Notes: generated by a model from the sequence alone, not told the origin. Positions 28,001 through 39,436 are shown, numbered from the stretch's first letter. The stretch: DNA of 64,000 nucleotides from Phoronis australis (GCA_002633005.1 NMRA01000130.1:769440-833439); one strand, 5' to 3'. Program-made: numbers and translations.

Positions 28001-31000
28001 TTCCACGAGAGCACCAAACAGACGGTTCTAGGGTAACCGATTCGGATCTTGGAAAAATTGAAATTCATGCATACTGGTGAGATATGTTCAAAAAATTTTT
28101 AATTGAAAATTTTCGAGCCCATATTTTTTCCTTTAAAGCATCATGGAAATTTTGATCCAAATAGCCCATTTTGGTTAAAAATTATTCAGTTAGTGAAGTT
28201 GTTTAAAACTGCTTAAAAGAATAGGAAAGAAAAAAATCTCTACGATGTTTATGTAGATATTAAACCTCTCTTTCAGAGGACTGTCTTTGCATATTTAAAG
28301 GATTTTCCGTGACCTTCACTGAAGTGTCAAAATGTTCCCAATTTTGTGTTCGTAATTTTTAGCAATTTTGAGGTGCTCCAGGGGCCGGTTTGCGTGGTGG
28401 TGGTGATTTCCAAAAATATTTTCCATCAGTTTGGTGTCTGCCTAAGGAAATAGAAAAACAAAATTGGGCTTTTTGATTTTATTTTCAAGCAACAGCCGAT
28501 AGTACGGTGACCCAAAAGATGATGTCACAGTTTTTTGTTCCACTGTTAAGCTACATGTATTATTGGCACTTTTTGATGCATGAATCTATAACGATTACCA
28601 TTTTACTGCCTTGACATCGATATTTTTCGGTCTTTGAAATCAATCACATCATCAATCTGTCTGAATAACTGTTACGACGCGCGAGACCTTGTTTCGGCAA
28701 CAAACGCCAAAGGTGCCTGGCGCTGATAATGACATCGAACAAAATGATACCGTAACATGCTTACAGTTTCTATTTGCGACAATCGAAAGTTGAAAAGATT
28801 TGTACCAGCTTCCTCTCGATTCAAATTGGAATCTTCTTAGGGACCAAAAGCTAGACCTGTTATTTAAGACTGGTTTTATAACAGTGACACGATTAATTTT
28901 ATTTTAAATTTGTTTTTTAGCCTGAAAAACTAATAGAACCACAGTTAAGCTGAACGAGTATGTTTAAAATCATCACATTAACACCAGACACGTAAATCTG
29001 TTGTGGTAGGGTAAATTTAACTTGATCTCTGTCCTTTCCTCAGAGCGTGTTCCCTGGACTGTTGTCATTATTATTTTGTTGCTATGGTGCGTCCTGTGTG
29101 AGTCAACAGGTGGCCTTAATTACTAGTTCTGATGATGTTTGAGATATCGAAACGTGTTGAAGATCAAAAATCTCGTCCTTTTTACTAATATTCTTTGCGC
29201 ACCTAGCCTAAAATGGGGGCTTGAATTTTTGAGAACATGGAAACCACCACGTTGCAAACAGCGCGCATGACGCCAACCGGCATTTAAAAACACTATGTGC
29301 AAAGGACTCTCAACAAAATGTCGTGAAACAGATGTGCTTTGTATGAAATACTTTCACCGTAAAACTTCAAATGGGCAAAAACTATTAAATTAGACATAAC
29401 ATTCACCTGTTGATTCCTTTGTATGACTGTAAGCTCTGACCAGCTTAACCACAGTATTGTTTACTAACACAAAAGGCTTGCTTGACAAGTTAAATCGAGC
29501 GTGATTCTAGATTAGATCGTGATAGTGGAAATTTCTGCATTTTTACATAGGAGAATGGTATCTAATGTCAAATTAAAATAAATGCATTCCGTGTGTGGTC
29601 CATCAAGTTTCCACAGGACCACGTTTCAATATAGGTGGCGCTATGTTGGAGGGTACCTGTACAGGTATCAGCATTGGAAAATCCCTTTCTCGCTGCGGCT
29701 TGCCGTTCACGCAACATTCGAGATTTAATGCTTAGATTACTGCTCTTTTACTGGCTAGTTAAAACCAGCAATTTTTAGCCTATCATATTTGTGCTAGACA
29801 TCACATTTTCGTGTGATCCCGGCGACATGAAATTGAGAGACAGTCTTTATATAGTTAATGGTCCTGTGGGTTTCTGTTTTTGGTCGAAATCGGACGCGAG
29901 ATGGCGCTGTGATGGCCATATTTGGTATGATATTTGCGGAGCTTTGGGTCCGCAATCCTTAGACCAAACCCTTTTACATTCGATATCTTCTCACAGGCTG
30001 CCCAATACGTTGATGTAATAGGCATCGGGGTAATTGTTCGTCTGTTTAAATCTGGCATAACGAGATTCGCCAACACACTCACTGATTTAGCCCGCATTGT
30101 TTCAAGCCTATTCCGAACCCCTTTATAATTTTAACGCTTCCATCAATGAATAAACTAAAAAGTTCCAATAGACTCATTCACATCTCGCTTGAAATTTTGC
30201 AGAAAAATGGCATGGCCCGTTAGAGGCGATATCATTGGACAGTAAACGTGGAGAATGTATCAACGATTTGCAATGGCTGACTTGTGCCAGACATACATGT
30301 AGATATGATTTATGTCAGAATTAAATGGAATAATGGTGAATATTAATCGCATTTAGATTTGATAAAAAACTATAGATGTTGGCATTTATGAATTGTGTAA
30401 TCTATTATTCGAGAATTATGTCAGAAATAATTTTTTTTTGTATCAAATTTTAATATCTATTTCTGACACGAATCTTATTTCTGCCTGATATAATTATTAT
30501 GTCAGAAATATCAGAATTATTAATGCCAGACATAATTTGGATTTATGTCAGACATTATTCCAAGTGACGTCAGACATAATTCCAATTGATGTTAGGAATA
30601 ATTCCGATTCATGATAGACACAAATTATATCGCAGATCGCCCACCACAGGGCACAATTATCGCTGTGATCATAAAACAGGTTGTAATATGATGTCTTCTT
30701 CAGAAGGGATTATGTGATCGTCGTTAAGTTACTCGGCGTCATTGCCAGTCTTAAACCAGAATTCATCAGGGCTGTCTAGTCCCTATACTGCGATGTTCTA
30801 CAGAAAACATTCATTTATGTGGTTCAGGTTAGACCCACTTCTTCGCATAGGCATGGTAGAAGTCAAGTGCTACAAAAATTCGCTTCTTTTGTAACTTATG
30901 TAGGGTTCATTTCTCAAAATAGGAAAGAACTGGTGTATTAGATCCCTGGCGTGAGATTCGCTGAAGCCGCTTGAGCAAATCCTATTCTGGGCCTAGATAC

Positions 31001-32643
31001 GGGAAATAACATCGTGTCGTCACGTTCATGTAAAAAAACTATACATGTATGTACACGTTTTTAATGCTGAAGATTTATGTAATACCGATGACAAGAAGTG
31101 TCTCGTAACATAGACGTGTTAAATCTCCAGGAACATTTCTTTTTTCTTCTTTTTGAATTATATCCATTTATGAGAGAAGAGAAAAGTTCGGAGGAGACCA
31201 AAAGGAAATTAAAATCTATACTTAGGTTATTATTCGCTCGGTATCAACGAAATTTAAAGTATTGGTCGTGTTTTGAATTTGTATAATTGATACTTTCGCA
31301 GCTAAAACATTATTTTTGAAAATTGTAAACAAGCTTACGAACTTAGATAATACTTTTTGCAGTCCAAATTCCAATCACAAAGTTTAAGACGTGTTGTAAT
31401 TTGACCCCTAAGCAAAGGCGAATTATGTCAAAATTATTTCCTTATTCCTCTATGTGGTGCGACCTCCATAAATAATTTTTATTGCCTTTGTAGTACAATA
31501 GATGTCACTATGCAGCATTATAGAGCGTTATGTTCGAATAACTGTCATTATTCAGAACGGATCATGTCAAGTCACATAACTGGTTGAGTGTCGGTATGTA
31601 AGAAACCGAATTAAGATCTGGATCGTGGTGAATGGACAACTAAAGTTTTGATTCCTGTCCGGCCGCGGTGACTTGCTTTCAATATAGTTGCACAACCTAT
31701 ACACATCTTTGCTACTACCAGAACCTCATTTCTTTAACATCTTTTCAAGTGAAGGCAAGATCAAAAATGTTATTTCAAGTCCGTGATGACTGCAGGAATC
31801 TATATTTTGGACACGAATCTAAGTTACGGTTAACACACTATTGTATTCGAATTAAGTCCGGTCTGCTGGACTGCTTTCAAAATTCCTAGCACCTAGGAGT
31901 CATCACGCCTCTTTCAAAGGGAAGATGACACGGGTCAAGAATTCAAAAATGACAATGTCAAAATGTTACACAGGGGGCTTCCTTCATCAAATCCCGTAGT
32001 CCCTCACTTAACATATAAGGTGGAGCTCGATTCAAAGTGTCGTCTGCTTGGGATGAGAGTTTGCGTGAGATTGCTAACCAGAGGAGATATCGTGAGAAGA
32101 CAAGACTCGACGGTTGCAGCCAGTCTTCAGTATCAACTTCTCTTTGAAGGAGAAGTCACCTGTCCGAATAGGCAATGACCATCGCCTCTGTTGGCCCGAA
32201 CCAGATTCTGGTTCGGGTCAACAGAGGCGATGGTCATTGCCTACTGTCCGAGTTGCCCAGGAATCAAATTTTGTAAGTAGTCCAGCAGTACTGATTTAAT
32301 TCGAATTCAGGAACTTTTCTGGATGGTTCAACAACTTATTGTTAACATACAATGGCAAATTATGGCTGCCAAGCTCAATGCTTCGTGCAAATTAGGGTAG
32401 ACTAAGTAACATGACTTTTTTAAAATAATGTGCCACTCTGAGTTGATAAAGTAAATCTATTTCGGCGACCATAGATTAAAGACCCGTGATATCCATATGT
32501 AATGGCCCTGTCTCTGGTAAGACGTTTACCTGTATCGTGTACATTTTTTCCATCCAAATATGCCACATTTTGTATGGTATTTCGATTGGTAGCTTTGCGA
32601 ATAGGATACTCTCACGTAATACGTACACACGCTTCCTGTGGGC
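1..32643 (-). CDS. Giant multi-exon gene (3' end beyond window): EMI + EGF/Cys-rich + tandem FN3/Ig-like repeat extracellular protein, about 2,970 aa within window
   Basis: 17 exons with GT-AG boundaries and matching phases: 32643-32530, 27923-27838, 27162-27064, 26496-26362, 25268-25149, 22533-22267, 21050-20912, 19469-18308, 15855-14673, 12629-11218, 10660-9952, 9728-9612, 7559-7243, 6856-6601, 3698-3512, 2807-1213, 1006-<1. Recurrent motif D-x-T-P-P...W-x-G-F-x-D-x-x-S-G-I-x-x-Y...Y-x-V-T-V-x-A-x-N-x-A-G-L. Confidence 0.9.
1213..2807 (-). CDS. Giant protein exon, FN3-like repeats plus Cys-rich segment
   Basis: Within 616-aa ORF; acceptor attatttgcag, donor G|gtaagg; splicing restores YQASR-KFFSASWMGFQD. 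Confidence 0.9.
3512..3698 (-). CDS. Giant protein exon
   Basis: Acceptor cattacag, donor AG|gtacgc; KYVITVEACNSVGLCTRASSDGVVIDPTPP. Confidence 0.9.
4677..5042 (-). mobile_element. Penelope-like retroelement 3' end (GIY-YIG endonuclease C-terminus plus 3' UTR), truncated by gap
   Basis: EHLNSDSNSHVNIHL...FAIIDQAVTTKELKIREALHISWCKPNLNRQ matches the PLE GIY-YIG tail; absent from the duplicate copy of the flank. Confidence 0.85.
4702..4749 (-). ncRNA. Minimal type I hammerhead ribozyme
   Basis: GACUU-CUGAGGA-U-GGUGU(loop)ACACC-GAAA-CAUG-UC-AAGUU: full core, stems I and II, palindromic stem III. Confidence 0.85.
6601..6856 (-). CDS. Giant protein exon
   Basis: Acceptor tctgtttag; ATNGAGL...DSTPPSRGVVRD...DVDYQ...ASWSAFHD; donor G|gtagtc. 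Confidence 0.88.
7243..7559 (-). CDS. Giant protein exon
   Basis: Acceptor ttttttcag; AEDYAGH...DTTPP...WFGFEDKESGIASY; donor AAG|gtaatc. Confidence 0.9.
9113..9184 (+). pseudogene. tRNA-derived sequence / SINE head
   Basis: A box TGGTGAAGTGG, B box GGTTCGAAAC, followed by TTTTT; cloverleaf imperfect. Confidence 0.5.
9612..9728 (-). CDS. Giant protein exon
   Basis: Phase 1-1; GTSVDQYEV...LASGKQYFVTAE; donor G|gtgagt. Confidence 0.85.
9952..10660 (-). CDS. Giant protein exon
   Basis: Within 328-aa ORF; acceptor ttttacag, donor G|gtgagt; CSNGFIIDTMPP. Confidence 0.87.
11218..12629 (-). CDS. Giant protein exon
   Basis: 432-aa ORF extended to acceptor ttccttggctag; donor CAG|gtaact. Confidence 0.9.
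12725..12960 (-). mobile_element. Decayed Penelope-like 3' end
   Basis: KSLAIQDQHATYSLNNMQSSVTLQLW* resembles PLE C-termini; CUGAUGA...GAAG motif about 96 nt downstream. Confidence 0.4.
14673..15855 (-). CDS. Giant protein exon
   Basis: 426-aa ORF; acceptor atttttgtag, donor G|gtaaga; DTSPPTVGVVLDG...WHGFVDHESDI. Confidence 0.9.
16951..17272. repeat. Long imperfect inverted repeat (foldback/MITE)
   Basis: attttgcatgcacccccgccgg...ccggcgggtgtgcatgcaaaat arms pair over more than 80 bp. Confidence 0.85.
18308..19469 (-). CDS. Giant protein exon
   Basis: 405-aa ORF; acceptor tttatttcag, donor AAG|gtaaat. Confidence 0.9.
19650..20480 (+). mobile_element. Decayed L1/Tx1-like LINE fragment
   Basis: Frameshifted peptide pieces such as YKEWLKEGVHLLS resemble L1/Tx1 ORF2 C-termini. 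Confidence 0.35.
20912..21050 (-). CDS. Giant protein exon
   Basis: Acceptor cttgtttcag, donor AA|gtgagt; phase 1 to 2 links both neighbours. Confidence 0.8.
21116..21200. repeat. (CCCT)n simple repeat ending at an assembly N
   Basis: Visible directly. Confidence 0.9.
22267..22533 (-). CDS. Giant protein exon
   Basis: Within 128-aa ORF; acceptor ctttttgtag, donor G|gtttgt. Confidence 0.82.
22711..22866. mobile_element. hAT-like MITE, 156 bp
   Basis: TIR cagtactgtagtgg / ccactacagcactg; 8-bp TSD gttatgtc / gttatttc. Confidence 0.75.
23400..23650 (-). pseudogene. THAP-domain relic (DNA transposon)
   Basis: KRCVCGGCNN...VHVFKVPK...RFVRCRREW, then a frameshifted SAQFKE*CFD. Confidence 0.65.
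23926..24009. repeat. 28-bp tandem repeat x3
   Basis: Unit of type gtgcctggatcggcttgccatttagcat. Confidence 0.9.
25149..25268 (-). CDS. EGF-like exon
   Basis: Phase 1-1; KCSWLTPSRCWPGTCSDRGLQSSCSCSTGFRQVGGSNCD; donor gtaagt. Confidence 0.85.
26362..26496 (-). CDS. Cys-rich (furin/EGF-like) exon
   Basis: Phase 1-1; CPVAHIANCAKMTCSAGPSNKVCKECKLHSPSGGAYLLTENQCL; donor gtaagt. Confidence 0.82.
26728..26960. repeat. Degenerate trinucleotide microsatellite (GAT/GAC/AAC/AAT)
   Basis: Visible directly. Confidence 0.9.
27064..27162 (-). CDS. EGF-like exon
   Basis: Phase 1-1; LCFGSFNCPNGGTCTSPNFCTCRISYYSPRCN. Confidence 0.88.
27418..27530 (-). pseudogene. Second THAP-domain N-terminal relic
   Basis: MLTKYYCCAVGCNSDVRKFD*LVKYPWMCEAKFFSFP, with in-frame stop. 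Confidence 0.55.
27838..27923 (-). CDS. EMI domain second exon
   Basis: Phase 2-1; RTKHRTAYRQAPRNKCCSGYKDNGRGYCA contains the EMI CCxGY motif; donor gtgagt. Confidence 0.85.
30308..30625. repeat. Degenerate short-unit array (tgtcaga[a/c]ataat)
   Basis: Motif recurs about 8 times, some copies inverted. Confidence 0.6.
32169..32243. mobile_element. 75-bp near-perfect palindrome with flanking direct repeat
   Basis: 37-bp arms with one G-T mismatch; ctgtccga on both sides. Confidence 0.8.
32530..32643 (-). CDS. EMI domain first exon
   Basis: PTGSVCTYYVRVSYSQSYQSKYHTKCGIFGWKKCTRYR; acceptor tatttgcag, donor AG|gtaaac. Confidence 0.83.
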
Positions 32644-33046
32644 CTGCAAATAGAACAACTAGATTTGTTAAAAGGAATGAAGGAACGGCAAATGTCATAT
32701 CTTTTTCTGAACGAGCCTCTTGAGCATCCCGTGCCTGGCAAACTGTCGTACTCTACACTGGACCAGTCAAATCGCTGGCACAAAAAGGGGCACAGAACTT
32801 AGGCCTCTGTAAAAAAGGGCGCTTGTCTCCGGACACTTGCCGACGTAAAATTGATAATACATATATTTTTGCTTCTTACTCCGCAATTTCTCGGCAGGGT
32901 TAAGCAGTTCGTTACTTTCTCGGACAAACGTTCATTTAGACCAGAGAGAGCAATGCGAACTCAGATGTTTGCCACAAATGAAAGCTGGCTCACGTCATTT
33001 TTAATCACAAAAAGCAAAGCAAAATATTCAGTCGCCTGTGAACTAC

Positions 33047-33144
33047 GTAAATGTCGTAAACATCATTAAAACGCTGGTTACAACAAGCAAGCGATGAGAA
33101 CACGCAGCCACCGAAGAGGGAAGTTGGGGACAACCGATTCCCAT
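33047..33144 (-). CDS. Candidate first coding exon (signal peptide) of giant gene
   Basis: ATG-initiated MGIGCPQLPSSVAACSHRLLVVTSVLMMFTTFT; ends in phase 2, matching the next exon; donor AC|gtagtt is weak. Confidence 0.4.
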
Positions 33145-34389
33145 CAAGTGTGGCACATAATTATAGACCTATGGGACCTATTATATATGATATAATTTTA
33201 TGTTCTAAAAAGATATTGTGTTCTACATGAGTTATAAGCTTTTTAAAACTAGTTTTACGGCGTTGAATAAACATTTTCACAGTCCAAATCTGTTCGTATC
33301 TTTTCCTTGGAGGAAAGCTATTGAGGCAATAGTCAATTAATATTGCTTAAAGATGCCATCTGATTGTTATACAAATCTCATGATTCACTAACCATCTGTA
33401 TTTGTTTCATTACACTACCCTAAATGTCATTTTGAACCTATGCCATTTGCGTTATTACAGGTATATTCCATCTTCCTCCACTGCGAAGTGAATGGAACGT
33501 GACCTAAACACTGACAGCAATTGGTACCTCCGTCGTGTAAAATGAAGATATTGCCTTCCAACCTTCTAGTTAATGTGACACCTCAACTGCGCCACAACAA
33601 ACAATTTACAAGACTAGTGCTCGTGATGGCTTTTGGCAACACGTATAAAAAGTCTTCAATATTTTTTCATGATTTACACGAAATTGTTTTCCAAGTGAAC
33701 GTGTTATTACTGATTGTTTCGCAAGTGATAGTCATTGATCGAATTTCTGCGCAGCGTGGGTTATAATTCTCCTCGCCCAACTAATGTGGTCGTGTAAGAA
33801 ATATTTCTCTATTTGCAGACAAATGAGCCCCCCAACTTTGTCTCCTTTTTCTGTTGTCTCGTTTTGGGGATATTGGATTAAAGATTGTGATATGTATTGT
33901 CATTCATACGACGTATTGCTAATTAAGTTTAGTACATTATTCAAACAACTTAAGAGATTACAAATCATACTGTATCTTGCTGTCTTATCGTAGTGATAAT
34001 ATTTATGGCATTGATAGCCCACATCTTTTCTGGTCTTGCATGACAAATATTGACACATACATGTATGGGGTCTGAAAGACACTGGTAAATCAGGCACCGT
34101 TTCCCAAGAATGCTGGACGGGCTAACGACGTTTTAACACTTGTTTCATGCGTATGGGTTCTTAACCATATCCACAAACTGTTTGAATATTTTCAGTTGTT
34201 CTGCAAGGAAGATAAAATATTAGGGTATAGCGTACTGGTATTCTTTCAAGACCGGGCACGAAATGTACATCAATTCTCAATTGTCCCACAGTGGATCATG
34301 GTAACTGATATTTTAGTATCTGTAGTTTTGTGATTACGTCATGCCCCTGCTCCGACTCGTTGACGTACTTGGCTGTCAGTCTGAACTGA

Positions 34390-35585
34390 AAGCGATAGCA
34401 TGTAGCCTTCACCAAGTTCTATTCTGGTCCCCTTGTATTTCTCCCGTTTGTCAATGACATGAAATCTGTACAGTAGTTGATTGTAATATTGTTCTGCACG
34501 CAGATGATTCTGCCTTATGTTTCCCGATGAGAACGTCTCAGTTATTGAGCAGACTCGTGAAAATAACTTGTAACTGGTACATCCAGAGCAAACTATACCT
34601 TCATGTTTGTAAAACTTAAGTATTTTTTGTTTAAATCAAACTATGTTTATTTTAATGTAACTAATTGTAACGGAAGTTTTATCACTTCATGTTAATCTTT
34701 AAGTTGTCTTGGTCTCCAAATGCATAACAACCTCTTTTTTGAGGAAACGGCGGAGTCTGTCATTAATATTGCACTTTGTAGAGTAAAATTTACGTACAGG
34801 AATAGTGATACTTAGACCTTATTTCACGTAAAACCCCATACAATTCACTTATGATTCCTTTATTTGGCTGTAATCATTCTCGATAAAGCTGCGTTTCCAA
34901 TTTAAATATTTGTCTTCGCAAAAAGCTTCAGGTGTATCAAAATAAATTAATTGGATATGTGCGCAGTTTACTCCCTCGTACTCACACTAATTTTTATCAC
35001 TTTCAGTCTCTTGCGTTGCTAAATATTGAAAATTGGGTTAACCAAGTCATGCTCCACCTTATTGTACAACGTCCTATTTTACCTCCTTGATCACTTTTCA
35101 CCATTTTGAACCACGCCATTCTCACAGTACTAGACAGAGCAATAATGGTTTTATTCAACTAAGCGTCAAAACACGTCCATCTAATTTTTTTTTCAAATTA
35201 GAACCTTAGTTCATCTGTAGAATTCACTTCCTGGCCACCGTCAAATCAAACAATATTTATTTAACCTCATTGAGGGAAGTGATAACTCCGAGTTTAGTTA
35301 TTAATTTAATTAATTTCTTCACTTGTCCATTTATTTATTTATTTGTTTATTTATCTATCATATATTCTGTCACTTCATTCTACAGTCTTATTCACACCGT
35401 GTCACATACTAGTTTGTATTCTAGTTTCCTTCGCATATCTCATTCCTCCTGTATAATTATTGACAAATTAATTATTCGGAACATTAATTTTACTTTTTTA
35501 ATGTGTATGGACCAACGCGGAGATAGTTTACATTTCTTATCTTCTATTATTCCATTCATTATTGTAATTATGTACTAATAAAAGC
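34390..35585 (+). mobile_element. Decayed CR1/L2-like LINE (RT C-terminal half and 3' tail)
   Basis: Frameshifted QGSILGP-like segment, FVNDM, LHADDSAL (YADD motif), LRKKLQVYQNKLI. Confidence 0.75.
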
Positions 35586-37226
35586 GCATTTTGCCCCGAC
35601 TACCCTGATTTCTCCAAACCCTCCCAACTCTGTTGTGTTATGGATTACTCACGACCTCTCAACCCTAACGTGATTTATTAAACGAAATTGTAGTCTCTTT
35701 GTATGGTTGACCCCCCACCTTGCCACTTGTGGACTGTTATGTCGCGGGAAACTGAGCTTGTTACTCGGTCAGCTCACAACACTCGCGCAGCGCGAGAATT
35801 CATGATCTCTCGCCAGGTAAAAGATACAGAGCCAAGAAGCGACACATTTACCTCATCGGCTTCAACTTAACGGGTGACAAAAGTCGATATACGGTTTATT
35901 TACTAGTAACAGACGTTAAGATAAAATTTTACTCGCAATATATGTAGCTCTGACTCGCTCCTCGCTAGAACCGTATTTGATATTACAGTTTACCTTTAAC
36001 AGAGATACCGAACGGAAACAAGATAAGGTTGATTACGGATTCCTGTGGCGTGAGAAAATTGACGTAAACAACCCAGCAAAACCTTGGTGTGGAATGAGGA
36101 AACAAATAATTGAAGCACGACAGTCGTTTTGTTTGACAAGTGGAATATTTATTTCACTGCTAAGATCATTAGTAGCGGGAATCTTTCCGGTCACCACCTT
36201 CATATGTACATGTATAGGCTAGAGACTGGGGTTGTTTGTCGTCGTTTGGTTTCTCGTATGTTATTGATTAGTATGTGGATGGTATTTTTCAAAAAAATGT
36301 AAATGTGATTAACAGGGACTTGGTGAAAGTCTTGCAAGTATTTTAAGCAATTCATTACATTTTCTTCAATACTAATGTACTCGGTTGAAACGGAGCGGTT
36401 GCGATCTCCTTTGTGCATTGCATTGGCTTCAAAATATGACGTCAGACCTCTATTTTTCATTAATTGTACTATTATTTTGTACAAAGAAACAGTTCATTAG
36501 AACTTTCATTGCACAACGACGTGCTCTCTTACCGAAGTTCCTTTAAGGCATGAAAATGAGTGCACTACAAAAACGCAGTTACTACGCAGCGCTGTTCTTG
36601 TCCCGCGCCGATCGTATCAGGTGGTGGAAGCAGGTACATGTAGAGACTGCCCGTAACTTATATAAACAGAATGACATGTAAAGTGCTATGTACTTCGCTG
36701 ATACAAACAGAATACTAAGAAGTCAATTTTAGTTACACGATAAGCGTCACGATATGATAATAACTCAGATTTTGCAAATCGACTACCTCTACCAAAGTGT
36801 GAACCCCATGCAAGTTTCCGCCAAACAAGTGGTCCGCCATGACACTAACTCTTTAAAAAGGAACGCTTTAATCGTGGGAACTATCTAAAAACGTGAGTAA
36901 CTCACAGCCATTTACACCGTTAAAGTTAAAGGGAAGTAGATGGTATTTATCCAAGCTACGTGGTGCACCCCAAATTCAAACACTTTATAACACGTACAGA
37001 TATAGTCATTGGAATTGTAATCAGTTGAATACAATTCGCACTCGTGCCGATAGCGGCGTTCCAGTTCACGTCTTAGGGCCGTCTCGAGGCTTCAAAAATG
37101 ATACCCAAGCAGTTCCCGATGTCTTGGGGTGAATGTGGTTGCTGCCATCGCGAACCTTAGTCATACGTCCAAATATTCTGCGCTTTACGAAAACAGTCGG
37201 GCATCATAGTTACTCTATAGTCTATG

Positions 37227-37657
37227 CTGGCATGACTGATGGACTGAAGTGTAAATGAGGTCTGTTGCTACAGAAATCGGTGCTTAAAATTTATGTTCAG
37301 GAAATGTGAATCCTAGAAATTGTGGTTGCTCCTTTTCGGAATGCATATCTACTGTCGATGAATATTGTTTACGATGCTGTCCTGTATTCACACAGTATGA
37401 ATAACACACCGGTTAAATCGGCCAGATATGTGTTTATTGTACATGTATGTGCTTCAAACACGCGGCTATTAAACATCACTGCAAAAACCAAATAGTGGCT
37501 GCGACGCTAAACAAAGCTAAACATCGTTCACAGTCCGCCATTTTTTCACGTTGTTGTAAAGCTAGCCAATGACTGCTGAGCTTACATCAACCGATGCTAA
37601 AGCACGTGCCACTGCGTGATACCTGCGTGCTGGCTAAGCACGTAGGGGACCAGCGAG
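37227..37657. mobile_element. Copy of the CTCGCTGGTTCC-TIR non-autonomous DNA element
   Basis: Reverse-complement match to 43615-44290; related pieces near 26020-26165 and 59120-59150. Confidence 0.75.
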
Positions 37658-39436
37658 GAGGTGCAGCATGACAAGGGGTCAATCACAGACCAATGAGAAT
37701 TGTACGAGTTGAGCTTAAGTTGAAAATGCGTAATGCTTGCGCGCTCGCGTGTTGGAGAACGAGATACTCCCGGGGACCCGACAATGAACAATAGATTTCT
37801 ATAAAACAAGCGAAATGATGCCGAAAACAGCGCTTGAGAACATATCTATGCTAGGAATACGTGCATACTGTGTGATCGTCTGGGCTTAGAATATATCTAA
37901 TTATTCACGAAGTTATCCTTTTCCAGCGGATCTCGGCTTCGCTAGGCACTATCTAACTGATATTGTCTAAAGACGTGATTTTGCTTTGTTTCGCGAGCTA
38001 ACTAATATTGACCCTGCTGTGGACTTCGTCAAAATGTTGGTTACCTCGCAATCACTCCGCACTTCAGCCAACAACACCCGCAGATTACACTACGCTCCGA
38101 AATTGGGTAGAGGTTGTTCCCAGAAAGAAGCACGAGTTTGTGACAAAATTCTGACATTATTTAATTTGGACAATTTGGTGGGGTTCTGTCGAAAAATATC
38201 GGTTTTAAGATACCTTACTTTACCGTCCAAATAGCTGGAAAACGCGAGGTAATCCCATTTACGCTTACTCTGACTAATTGAATATTCATAGTAGTGCACG
38301 ACACCGTGGTCTAATGTATTTTGAGTCAGTGAATGGCCCAATTTTAAGGTCAGGCAGCAGTATACATGTACAACAACGTAGCTAACGATCGTTGAGCGTG
38401 TCGCCACGCAAACGCTACCCAGTTGCTCAATAACTTTTTACACTTGAGACGTGGGTGTGAGCCGGTCTGACGGGATTAGACAACACGGGGATAAAGCTGA
38501 AATGAGTTGAGCTGTCTCAAACATGCAATATATGAACTCAAAGTTTTAATTTATTATTTTCATAGTGCACGATTCTCTCTGTCTTCATTACTAAAATTAG
38601 CAATTTCCAGTGCATCATTTGTCTTATCATATATGCATGTGTTCGAGTTGTTTGATACTTGACACTGACAGGTTTTGCTTTCAATAAGGATGTTCAGCCA
38701 ATTTGCAAATAAATTTAAAATAAAATTAGGACATGGAAAAGCATGTCAGTCGAGGACGAAGACGACGAGTACGGGCTAGGAATGACGCTGTTTAGCAGGA
38801 TAAAATCACCATATCTGGTGGTGGTTTTGTCAAATGAGGGCAGAAAATCCTATAATCTGTACACAATTTTAAGTAAGTAAATAGATTTCCATCCAATTTT
38901 TCACCAGAGTCGACCCCCATTAATTTGCTTCATAAGTTCTTTTGGGCATGCAACGTAGTGGGCCAATTAACTAGCAGCAGCTGGACATTAAGGAAAGCCA
39001 AGCGTCATCGAATAGTTCTGAGCATGAGTTTCCTACAGGTATTGGATAGCTCAAATTCGTGAGTCCAATAAATTAAACAAATTACCGCGTCACTCCTAAC
39101 ACTAGAATATTTTCCCATAACAGATATTTAGAAAATAAACTACTTTTGGCCAATTTGCGTATTCGATTAACTAACCTCGAGATTTTATTCTTAAGCTACG
39201 GTGAATATTGAAAGCAAACTTTTCCATGCTAAAAGGTTTGTCTAATATTTGACATTTAAAATAAATGTGCCGTTTCGCGGTCGATTTGTGGCAACTCTCA
39301 GAGGCTCGGTCGATGTGATGGTCCTCCGCGAGCAAGCACTGTTTGGAGTTGCGATGTATGTTTGTACCAACTGAACTTATAAACTGCACTGTCGATAGCC
39401 TCTGCAGTTGTAGTTATATAGAGAATCCTTCACGAG

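Noticed and set aside
35852-35856. ATGAG|gtaaat as first exon of the giant gene
   Set aside because: Phase fits but gives no signal peptide; 33144-33047 is preferred, and both are unproven.
38090-38407. 105-aa ORF with hydrophobic start
   Set aside because: GTG start, no recognisable domain and no convincing splice context.
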